From contig CAINNT010000082.1 in NCBI GenBank assembly GCA_903851225.1, forward strand, positions 1 to 31,801: 31,801 nt of DNA, given 5' to 3'. Both the position numbers and the translations under genes were made by a program. Source of the DNA: an uncultured Chloroflexota bacterium. GTDB lineage: Bacteria > Chloroflexota > Limnocylindria > Limnocylindrales > Limnocylindraceae. The notes under the pieces are model-generated. The model saw only the letters and a list, made by a program, of their open reading frames with translations. It had not been told where the DNA came from and did no database searches. Positions 1 to 7,866 of the stretch are shown in pieces. Position 1 is the first letter of the stretch. The number at the start of each line of letters is the position of its first letter.

Positions 1-407
1 AGGAAGAGGTCGAGTGCCAGGAAGACGCCGAGCATTCCCGTCTCGAGAATGAGGAAGCTGACGAAATACTCCTTCACGCGCGTCTGGATCGGCCCGAAGC
101 TCGCGAGGATGCAGATCCAGCTGAGCAGCGTCGTCAAGACAACGAGCGCTCCGGAGAGCCCGTCGACGCCGAGGTGGTAGGTGATGCCGAACGACGGAAT
201 CCACGAGAGCTGCTCGCTGAAGGCGAACTCGCCGCTCTGGCCGCGGATGCCCAGCAGCATGCCGAGGCTCAGCGCAAAGGTGACCAGTGAAACACCAAGT
301 GCGGCAGCGCGAATCAGGCCTGGTCGCGACGATGGAAGAAACGCGACGCCGAGCGCGCCGAGGAGTGGTAGGAAGATGATCAGCGAGAGGATCGGCATAT
401 CACTCAT
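1..407 (-). CDS. nuoM: NADH-quinone oxidoreductase subunit M, N-terminal part (runs off the window edge)
   Basis: Not in the ORF track; translated by hand from ATG 407 (ATGA overlap with the nuoL stop): MSDMPILSLIIFLPLLGALG...YHLGVDGLSGALVVLTTLL...KEYFVSFLILETGMLGVFLALDLF, a typical NuoM N-terminus; follows nuoL. Confidence 0.93.
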   Translation of the reverse strand, partial: MSDMPILSLIIFLPLLGALGVAFLPSSRPGLIRAAALGVSLVTFALSLGMLLGIRGQSGEFAFSEQLSWIPSFGITYHLGVDGLSGALVVLTTLLSWICILASFGPIQTRVKEYFVSFLILETGMLGVFLALDLF

Positions 408-2353
408 CCTGCGATCACCAGGTACGCCGCTGCGATGGCAACGAGGCCGAAGGCAATGCCAAGCGCATAGTTCTGCACGCGACCGGTTTGAATCTGTCGC
501 AGGCCACGACCGCCGCTTGAAGTGAGTGAGGCGACACCGTTCACCGTGCCGTCGACTACGCGACGGTCAAACCACCAGAGTGCGTTTGCAAACTTCCGCC
601 CGAAGCGTACGAAGACGAGGTCGTTGAGGTCGTCGAAGTACCAGCGGTTGCGACTCCCGTCGTAGAGCGGCTGCAGCCGCTTCGTCACGCGGCCGAGGAA
701 CTCGCCGTTGTCGCTGCGGAAGAGTCGCACGCCAACAACGGTGCCGATGGAGGCAACGGTGACGCTTGCGAGCATGAGTAGGCCATCGATGCCGAAGAGT
801 GTCCACGCCTCGTGTTCGTGGCCGAGCATCTCGCTCGCTGGGTGGAAGATCGGCTCAAGTGCATGCACCAGAACACCGTCGGCAAATGGGAAGCCGAGCG
901 CAGCGCCGATGGCAATTGATGGCACTGCAAGAATGATGAGCGGCAGCGTCATCGTCCACGGTGATTCGTGCACGTGCGATTCATCGTGCACGCGGCTCTT
1001 CCCCCAGAAGGTGAGTCCCATCAGTCGGAACATGTAGAAGGCGGTCATTGCGGCGACGATCATGCCAACGAACCAGACCCATGCGTACCCAAACTTGAAA
1101 GCCTCGCCGAGGATCTCATCTTTGGAGAAGAATCCGGCGAGCGGTGGCAGTCCAGCGATTGCCACGGTGCCGATCAGCATCGTTGCGTACGTGATTGGAA
1201 TCTTGCGCCAGAGTCCGCCCATCTTCGTCATCTCTTGCTCTCCGTTCACTGCGTGAATGACCGAGCCTGAGCCGAGGAAGAGGAGGCCCTTGAAGAAGCC
1301 GTGTGTGATGAGGTGGAAGATTGCGGGGATCCATGCGCCGACACCGAGGGCCGCAAACATGTAGCCGAGCTGTGAGAGAGTTGAGAAGGCGAGAACACGC
1401 TTGATGTCGGTCTGCGTGAAGGCAATCGATGCAGCGAAGATCGCCGTGAAGATGCCGATCGCCGCAACGATGAGCATTGCATCGTGGCTCGCGGCGAAGA
1501 GTGGGCTCATGCGCGCGACAAGATAGACACCCGCGTTCACCATGGTGGCGGCGTGGATCAGTGCGCTCACCGGGGTTGGGCCTTCCATGGCGTCTGGAAG
1601 CCAGACATGGAGTGGGAACTGCGCCGACTTGCCGACGGCGCCACAGAAGATGAGAAGGGCGATGACGGTGGCGGCGGGACCAACGAGGGCGCCGGCCTCG
1701 ATGCCAGCCAGCACCGTATGGATATCGAGCGAACCGAAGACCACCACGAGGCCCATCAGGCCGAGGGCGAAGCCGACGTCACCGACGCGGTTGGTAATAA
1801 AGGCCTTCTTGGCGGCCAAGCCCGGTGCCGTCTTGGTGTACCAGAACCCAATCAGCAGGTAGGAGGAGAGGCCGACCAGCTCCCAGGCGGCGAAGACCAC
1901 GAGGAGGTTGTCGGCGAGCACCAGCAGGAGCATCGAGAACATGAACAGGTTCAGGTAGGCAAAGAAGCGCCAGTAGCTGTCGTCATGGCTCATGTAGCCG
2001 ACGCTATAGAGGTGCACCAGGGCGCCGACCGTGGTCACCACCAGCAGTAGGGCTCCCGTGAGGGCGTCAACGTGCAGCCCGAGCCCGAAGTTCAGGTCGC
2101 CCGAGGCGATCCAGGTGAAGAGGGGCATCGACGCGCCAGCCTCACCGAGGCCCCCCGTAAGGGCGGGGATCGCGAGGCTCATGGCCAGCGCCCAGGTGGC
2201 GATGATTGCCCCAAGTGGGACCAGGTGGGCCAGCTTGCCGAGGCGGCGGCCGACTGCCGCAGTAAAGGCGAAGCCCATCAGTGGGAGGAGCAGCAAGAGC
2301 GGGGTGTAGCTCGGAAGTGCGCCCACCTCGACCACGGTCTCAGCAGTGAACAT
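404..2353 (-). CDS. nuoL: NADH-quinone oxidoreductase subunit L
   Basis: 649 aa; motifs WELVGLSSYLLIGFW, NRVGD, GKSAQFPLHVWLPDAMEGPTPVSALIHAATMV, STLSQLGYM, HGFFKGLLFL, Q(T)GRVQNY. Confidence 0.97.
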   Translation of the reverse strand: MFTAETVVEVGALPSYTPLLLLLPLMGFAFTAAVGRRLGKLAHLVPLGAIIATWALAMSLAIPALTGGLGEAGASMPLFTWIASGDLNFGLGLHVDALTGALLLVVTTVGALVHLYSVGYMSHDDSYWRFFAYLNLFMFSMLLLVLADNLLVVFAAWELVGLSSYLLIGFWYTKTAPGLAAKKAFITNRVGDVGFALGLMGLVVVFGSLDIHTVLAGIEAGALVGPAATVIALLIFCGAVGKSAQFPLHVWLPDAMEGPTPVSALIHAATMVNAGVYLVARMSPLFAASHDAMLIVAAIGIFTAIFAASIAFTQTDIKRVLAFSTLSQLGYMFAALGVGAWIPAIFHLITHGFFKGLLFLGSGSVIHAVNGEQEMTKMGGLWRKIPITYATMLIGTVAIAGLPPLAGFFSKDEILGEAFKFGYAWVWFVGMIVAAMTAFYMFRLMGLTFWGKSRVHDESHVHESPWTMTLPLIILAVPSIAIGAALGFPFADGVLVHALEPIFHPASEMLGHEHEAWTLFGIDGLLMLASVTVASIGTVVGVRLFRSDNGEFLGRVTKRLQPLYDGSRNRWYFDDLNDLVFVRFGRKFANALWWFDRRVVDGTVNGVASLTSSGGRGLRQIQTGRVQNYALGIAFGLVAIAAAYLVIAG

Positions 2354-2356
2354 CGC

Positions 2357-2677
2357 CTACTGCCTCATCGTGTCGTACTCGTCGACCAGCGGGGTCTTCC
2401 GGTTGCGGAAGATGGCGATCACGATCGCCAAGCCCACGGTGGCCTCTGCCGCCGCCACGGCGATGATCAGAAGCGCAAAGGCTGCACCCTGTCCCGCAAG
2501 TGACGGAATGAAAGCGCCCAGCGCGAGCGCGGCAAGGTTCACGGCGTTCAACATCAGCTCGATGCTCATCAACATGCTGATCGCGTTGCGACGCGCCAGG
2601 AAGCCGAATGAGCCGATGGCGAACAGCATTCCCGACAACACAAGGTATGGCTCAAGGTGTCCGGCGATTTGACTCAT
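2357..2677 (-). CDS. nuoK: NADH-quinone oxidoreductase subunit K
   Basis: 106 aa, 3 TM; RRNAISMLMSIELMLNAVNL and VAAAEATVGLAIVI. Confidence 0.96.
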   Translation of the reverse strand: MSQIAGHLEPYLVLSGMLFAIGSFGFLARRNAISMLMSIELMLNAVNLAALALGAFIPSLAGQGAAFALLIIAVAAAEATVGLAIVIAIFRNRKTPLVDEYDTMRQ

Positions 2678-3234
2678 GGGAGATCCTCGCCAACGTCGTT
2701 GGCCTTTGGCTCCATGGCGAGATAGATGCCGCCAATCACCGCGGCAAGGATGAGCACGCTTGCGATTTCAAATGCGAGCAGGTACGGCCCGAACAGTGCG
2801 GCGGCAACCGGCGCAGTTCCGGTTGCAGCTGGCGTGTCGGAGAAGACGGTTGAGCCCCACTCCGTGCTCCCGAAGGCAAGCCCGAAGACCACCGCAAGCA
2901 ATACTGCGGCAAGGGCCGCTGGAGCAACCTGTGTTTGGAAGGCCAACTTTACCGGTGCGACCTTCGACTGCGTGAGCATGATGGCGAACAGAATCAACAC
3001 ACTGATTGCGCCGATGTAGACGAGCACTTGCGCGCCGGCAACGATTGCGGCACCCAACATCACGTAGATACCGGCGAGTGCGCCAAGGGTGAGGATCAAG
3101 AAGAGACCGCTCTTGATGATGTCGCGGCCAAATACCACGCCGAAGGCGGCGGCGAGCACCACCCCGCCAAGGAGCAAGAAGAGGACGTCTGACCAACCGA
3201 GTCCAATGAACGGGATGACGTCTGGGAGCGGCAT
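2674..3234 (-). CDS. nuoJ: NADH-quinone oxidoreductase subunit J
   Basis: 186 aa hydrophobic; AQVLVYIGAISVLILFAIML and YLLAFEIASVLILAAVIGGI; directly before nuoK. Confidence 0.95.
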   Translation of the reverse strand: MPLPDVIPFIGLGWSDVLFLLLGGVVLAAAFGVVFGRDIIKSGLFLILTLGALAGIYVMLGAAIVAGAQVLVYIGAISVLILFAIMLTQSKVAPVKLAFQTQVAPAALAAVLLAVVFGLAFGSTEWGSTVFSDTPAATGTAPVAAALFGPYLLAFEIASVLILAAVIGGIYLAMEPKANDVGEDLP

Positions 3235-3237
3235 CAG

Positions 3238-5784
3238 TTACTTGCGCAGGCTCTGCGGCAGCACAGGGAGCTGTCGAGCTGGGTCGTAGCGCCGCCCAGC
3301 AACCGTGTTCTCCCAGTTGGCTTCTCCGCGAACGAATGTTGCCTCTGACGTGCGCTCGAGCTTCGACAGCGCGATAAGGTCGATCATTGGCTCACTGCGA
3401 TCGGTGTGTGCGAGCTCAAAGTCGAAGCCGCTGCGCAGCGCGTCATACGGGCACGCATCCACGCAGATGCCGCAGAGGATGCAGCGCGACTCGTCGACTT
3501 CGTACTTAGTGAGGATTCGTGGCTTCGGCATCAGCGCGCCGGTCGGGCAGGTCTCAGCGCAGCGACCACACGAGACACATGGCGATTCGTTCAAGCTCAT
3601 GTCGAGCGGGGTGGTTACGAGCGTATCGAATCCGGTGCGCATGAAGTCGTAGCAGGCGGCCCCAACAACTTCGGCACAAACGTTGGCGCAACGGCCGCAG
3701 TCAATGCACCGTGATGGCTCGCGCAGAATGAATGCGTGCGAGTCGTCGCGCAGGTAATCGTGGTTTGCACCGGTCCAGCGGTTTTCGGTGATTGAGCGGA
3801 ACCCGGCGCCGCCGTGATGATCCTTCTCGAGGGTCTTCAGCGTTGTGCCGTATTCGATGCCGAGGCGTCGCAGGTCGCAGAAGCCGATCGCTTCGCAGGT
3901 GCACTGCAAGCAGCGCGTGCTCTCGGCCATCACCTCTGGCTTGCTGTACGGAATTTCGTACTGGATGTAGTCGTTCTTGCGCTCTTCGGCCGGGAGTGCC
4001 TTCAGGCGCAACCGTGGCTCTTTCACCTCGGCGGTGAACGGCACGATGCTGAGGAACTCTGGCTGTGGCTCGGCGAGTGTCTGTCGGTTGCGAATCTCCG
4101 AAAGGTCGAGCCCCTGGAGGTACGCATCGACGGCGTAGGCGCAGCGTCGGCCGTCGGCGATCGAGGCGACGACGGTTGTTGCGCCGTTGCGCAAGTCGCC
4201 GCAGCCGAAGACGCCATCACGGCCGGTCTGGAAGGTGACGGCGTCTGCCTTGAGTCGGCCGTTCTTCGTGGTGGCAACGCCGTCGGCGCCGACGCTCGCC
4301 CAGGTCATGTCGGGACCCTGGCCGATCGCCTTCAGGATGCGATCGCACTCGATGATGAATTCTGTGCCTGGTGCTGGCTCTGGTCGTCGGCGACCCGATG
4401 CGTCGGGTGCGCCGAGCTGCATACGGATGAACTCGAGGCCGATCACCTTGTTGTTCGCGTCGGTGACGACGCGGGTTGGACCGGCCTGGAAGATGGCGCG
4501 CGCGCCCTCCTCGATCATCTCGTGGACTTCGTCGGCGGCTGGCATGTCCTTCATGTCGCGGCGGTAGACGAGGGTGACCTCCTTGGCTCCCTGGCGCACG
4601 CTGGTTCGGGCGCAGTCCATCGAGGTATACCCGCCGCCAACTACGACGACGCGGCTCCCCTCGTGATCTGGATAGGTGAGGCCGAGCGCGGCGGTGTGCA
4701 GGTAGTCACGTCCGTCGATGACCCCGTCAGCGTCTTCGCCTGGAATGCCGAGGTCGTTCGTGTCATAGCAGCCGATCGCAACAACGACTCCGTCGTAGCC
4801 CTGTGCTTTCAGGTCGGCAACGGTGAAATCACGACCGAGCATCTTGCCGCACTCGAACCGGCCGCCGAGTCGCGTGATCGACTGGTACTCGCCATCGAGC
4901 ACCTCGATCTTCGGCAGACGGTACTGCGGAATGCCGTAGCGCAACATGCCGCCCGGCTCTGGGTCTTTCTCGAAGATGGTGACGTCGTGTCCGGCGACGA
5001 GTAGGTAGTAGGCGGCAGATGCGCCAGACGGACCAGACCCAATCACCGCAACGCGCTTGCCCGTCTTTGGCTGGAGCTCGAATGGCACAGGTGGATCGAG
5101 ATTCTCGTCCCACATCGCCTTCAACACCTGGTCGCCGGCGTAGCGATGGCTATCGCGAATTGCGATCGCCTCGTCGACCTCGTCGCGACGGCAGTGGTCC
5201 TCACATGGTGCTGGGCAGACGCGACCGAGGATGCTCGGGAATGGAATGGTGCGCTTGAAGATGCGTGCAGACTCGCGGAACTGCGACTCAGCGTTCGCCT
5301 TCAAGAACCCAGGAATGTCGATATGGCTCGGGCACTTGTTCTGGCATGGCGGCAAGCAGTAGGCGTTGTGGTCGCTGAAGATCAACTCAAGGTTGGTGCG
5401 GCGAATTTCGCGAATGCGATCGGTCTGCGTCGATACGACCTGCGCAGGCTCAGCTTTCGCGGAACAACTGATGGATGGCTGATCGCACCCTTCGACATCC
5501 ACGACGCACATGCGGCATGCGCCGAATCCTGGAAGCTTCGGGTCGTAGCACAGGGTCGGAACTTCGATGCCGTTGGCGCGGCACACTTCAAGAATCGTCT
5601 GGCCCTCGAACGCTTCAAGCTTCTGCCCATCGATCTCGACGTAGAAGGTTGGTGTGCGCTGTGGTCGCTGTGGGCTGCGTGTGGTGAGCAGCTTGTCGAC
5701 GACGACTTCTGCAGATGGCGCTGGGGTGATCGCGCGAGAAACTGGTGTCACTGCGCTTGCCGGTCGATCAATCAGGTCGGCCAT
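3238..5784 (-). CDS. Chimeric Fe-S flavoprotein: NuoG/HoxU-type N-terminal Fe-S domains + nested GltD/SudA-type FAD/NADPH oxidoreductase + C-terminal half of NuoI
   Basis: 848 aa. 2Fe-2S ligands C79/C90/C93/C107; H139-x3-C143; GltD region aa ~144-629 (RVCPAPCEDHC, GSGPSG, GGMLRYGIPQYRLP, GGGYTSMD, VYRR, AIGQ, GD); C630-x5-C636; two CxxCxxCxxxC motifs (693-703, 736-746); third motif 768-778 in a NuoI-like tail (YEVDESRCILCGICVDACPYDAL..FDFELA). Confidence 0.9.
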   Translation of the reverse strand: MADLIDRPASAVTPVSRAITPAPSAEVVVDKLLTTRSPQRPQRTPTFYVEIDGQKLEAFEGQTILEVCRANGIEVPTLCYDPKLPGFGACRMCVVDVEGCDQPSISCSAKAEPAQVVSTQTDRIREIRRTNLELIFSDHNAYCLPPCQNKCPSHIDIPGFLKANAESQFRESARIFKRTIPFPSILGRVCPAPCEDHCRRDEVDEAIAIRDSHRYAGDQVLKAMWDENLDPPVPFELQPKTGKRVAVIGSGPSGASAAYYLLVAGHDVTIFEKDPEPGGMLRYGIPQYRLPKIEVLDGEYQSITRLGGRFECGKMLGRDFTVADLKAQGYDGVVVAIGCYDTNDLGIPGEDADGVIDGRDYLHTAALGLTYPDHEGSRVVVVGGGYTSMDCARTSVRQGAKEVTLVYRRDMKDMPAADEVHEMIEEGARAIFQAGPTRVVTDANNKVIGLEFIRMQLGAPDASGRRRPEPAPGTEFIIECDRILKAIGQGPDMTWASVGADGVATTKNGRLKADAVTFQTGRDGVFGCGDLRNGATTVVASIADGRRCAYAVDAYLQGLDLSEIRNRQTLAEPQPEFLSIVPFTAEVKEPRLRLKALPAEERKNDYIQYEIPYSKPEVMAESTRCLQCTCEAIGFCDLRRLGIEYGTTLKTLEKDHHGGAGFRSITENRWTGANHDYLRDDSHAFILREPSRCIDCGRCANVCAEVVGAACYDFMRTGFDTLVTTPLDMSLNESPCVSCGRCAETCPTGALMPKPRILTKYEVDESRCILCGICVDACPYDALRSGFDFELAHTDRSEPMIDLIALSKLERTSEATFVRGEANWENTVAGRRYDPARQLPVLPQSLRK

Positions 5785-5786
5785 GA

Positions 5787-7046
5787 TCAGCTCCGTCCGC
5801 TCGTTGATGTTGCCGACAGTGCGGCAACGGCAGGTCCAAACTCAGAGGCAAAGTATCGCACCCCCGTAAGGAGCGGGCTTGGCGCGAGCGCCTCGTGTGC
5901 GCAGAGGGCACTGTCGGCGACATCGGCAGCGAGTTTCTGCAGCCGCTCTGCATCGGCAGGGCCGGCGAGCCCATCGACAAAGCGCTGGCCGATCTCGGCG
6001 AGTCGACGAGTGCCGATGCGGCACGGGATCGTCTTGCCGCACGCCTCGTCGGCGCACCAGCGCGTCAACATGGTGGCGAGTTCGGGGATGGCGACGGAGC
6101 TGTCGAGTGCAAGGAGCGCGCCCGAGCCGATATGCGCGCCAACGCTCTTGAGGCCGGCGCCGCTGTATGGCGTGCCGCCGAAGAGGCTTGCTGGAATGAA
6201 TCCTCCAGTTGGTCCACCCACGAGCAACGCTTTGATTGACGCGCCACCTGCGGTGCCGCCTGCCGCTGCAATGATCTCGTTCAGTGGTGTGCCAGTTGGC
6301 ACTTCAAGCACACCTGGGTGTGCGACGGATCCGCTGATCTGCACGAGGACGGTTCCTGGCTGTGCGGTGTCGCCGATCTGCGCGAAGGCCTCCGCGCCGT
6401 TGTTCAGAATCCATGGCACCGCGGCGAGGGTGGCGACGTTGTTCACGGCGGTTGGCTTGCCGAGGTAACCGACTGTTGATGGGTATGGCGGGGTCTGCTC
6501 TGGCTGACCCCGCTTGCCGGCGAGCGCCTTCATCAGCACCGTCTCTTCGCCAATCATGCTGGAGCCCTGGAGTGGGCGGACGGTGATGATCAGCTCGCGA
6601 CCGGTGCCGAGCAGCGTTGTGCCAAGGATTCCCTCGCGCTCGGCGGTGGCGATTACCGCCTCGAGTCGTTTGATCGCTTCGGTGTACTCGGCGCGCACGG
6701 CGATGAACGCCTCGCGGGCGCCTACGGTGAGGGCGGCGATGGCGAGCCCCTCAACGATCGCCTGTGGGTTCTCCTCCATGAGGAGTCGGTTGGTGAATAC
6801 GGCGGGATCAGATTCATAGCCGTTCGCTACGGCGTAGTACTGGCTGGCTGGCTCGGCGGCCGTCGCCTGCCACTTCGTTCCCGTTAGGAAGCCGCCGCCG
6901 CCGCGCCCACGTAGGCCAGCGGCGATCAGGGTTGCGGTGGTGCCAGCCGGGCCTGCCGCAGCGGCGGCACGGAGCGCTGCCCACGGCTCAGCAGGGGCGG
7001 CAAACAGCAGCTGGCTCCAGCCCTTCGGTGCGTTCAGGCGCTTCAT
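5787..7046 (-). CDS. nuoF: Divergent NuoF/HoxF/HydB-family flavoprotein subunit
   Basis: 419 aa; GLRGRGGGGFLTGTKW, NGYESDP, VRAEY, GEET, GKRGQP, VNNVATL, GGPTGG, CGKTIPC...LCA. The fold is clear but several conserved residues are altered. Confidence 0.9.
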   Translation of the reverse strand: MKRLNAPKGWSQLLFAAPAEPWAALRAAAAAGPAGTTATLIAAGLRGRGGGGFLTGTKWQATAAEPASQYYAVANGYESDPAVFTNRLLMEENPQAIVEGLAIAALTVGAREAFIAVRAEYTEAIKRLEAVIATAEREGILGTTLLGTGRELIITVRPLQGSSMIGEETVLMKALAGKRGQPEQTPPYPSTVGYLGKPTAVNNVATLAAVPWILNNGAEAFAQIGDTAQPGTVLVQISGSVAHPGVLEVPTGTPLNEIIAAAGGTAGGASIKALLVGGPTGGFIPASLFGGTPYSGAGLKSVGAHIGSGALLALDSSVAIPELATMLTRWCADEACGKTIPCRIGTRRLAEIGQRFVDGLAGPADAERLQKLAADVADSALCAHEALAPSPLLTGVRYFASEFGPAVAALSATSTSGRS

Positions 7047-7864
7047 GCGGCGTACCTGCCGGCGAGAGCGGCGGCCCAGCTCGCAGCGTTCTTCGCGCTG
7101 AGGTCACGCTGCGGCTCTCCATCAATGACCACAAGCGGTGACGGTGCGCCAGCAACGTGGCTCGGAAGCGACTCAAGACGCAAGTTGCTCCACGGGATCG
7201 CCCGGCCGAACTCGGTGCCGAACTCGTAGCTCAGGGTACCCATCACTGCACCCGCTCCGGAGACGAGGCAGTTGGCGCAACGGCAGACGGCGATCGAGCG
7301 GGTCACCCCGGGCTCGAATGCGAGGTGCTTATAGAAGGTGGCGGTGCCATAGACCATGGCGTACCAGGCGCCGGTCGCGCGGCTGACACGCTTGAGCGCA
7401 TCGACTGGGAGGTAACCGTATGCGCCTTGGATCGCCTCGAGGATCGCAAGCATGTGGTGAGGGTCGTAGTCGTGCGCTTCGAGAATCTCGTCGACTTTGG
7501 CGATGTCGATGGTTGCCCCTGTCGCCGCCGCCGCGTCGGAAACCGTTCGACCGGAGCGACGGATCGCCGACTCTTCGCGTCGTTCGGCGTACTGCTCGGC
7601 GGGCCCCCAATGCACGGCGAAGCGACCCTTCGTGTCGGTGCCACCCATGTCGATGCACTCAATCGGACAGGCCTGCGCGCACTGGAAACAGGTCTCGCAC
7701 TTCAGCGTGCCGTGTTCGTCGGTGACCAGCTCAAGTCGGCCGCGATTGCGCGGCGCAATGTCGGGCTTCGCCTCTGGATACATCACCGTGCGCTTCGGCT
7801 GGAAGAAACGCGTGAGCGTGAGGCGCATTCCCGAGAGCAGTCCGGAGCCTGGAATACGTGGCAT
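7043..7864 (-). CDS. Fusion of NuoI N-terminal half (one 4Fe-4S motif) and a NuoE/HoxE-like domain
   Basis: Start reassigned to ATG 7864 (GGAGG SD, 2 nt after the nuoH stop) instead of 8140; 273 aa. aa 1-73: GMRLTLTRFFQPKRTVMYPE..PRNRGRLEL..KCETCFQCAQACPIECI (NuoI-like). aa 120-273: LAILEAIQGAYGYLP..VYGTATFY..IAVCRCANC (NuoE-like). Confidence 0.88.
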   Translation of the reverse strand: MPRIPGSGLLSGMRLTLTRFFQPKRTVMYPEAKPDIAPRNRGRLELVTDEHGTLKCETCFQCAQACPIECIDMGGTDTKGRFAVHWGPAEQYAERREESAIRRSGRTVSDAAAATGATIDIAKVDEILEAHDYDPHHMLAILEAIQGAYGYLPVDALKRVSRATGAWYAMVYGTATFYKHLAFEPGVTRSIAVCRCANCLVSGAGAVMGTLSYEFGTEFGRAIPWSNLRLESLPSHVAGAPSPLVVIDGEPQRDLSAKNAASWAAALAGRYAA

Positions 7865-7866
7865 GA

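Noticed and set aside
3814-5004. 396-aa plus-strand ORF
   Set aside because: Antisense shadow of the GltD region; long stop-free reverse frames are expected at this GC content and no motifs are present.
5146-6468. 440-aa plus-strand ORF
   Set aside because: Antisense to the well-supported 848-aa and nuoF genes; no recognisable domain.
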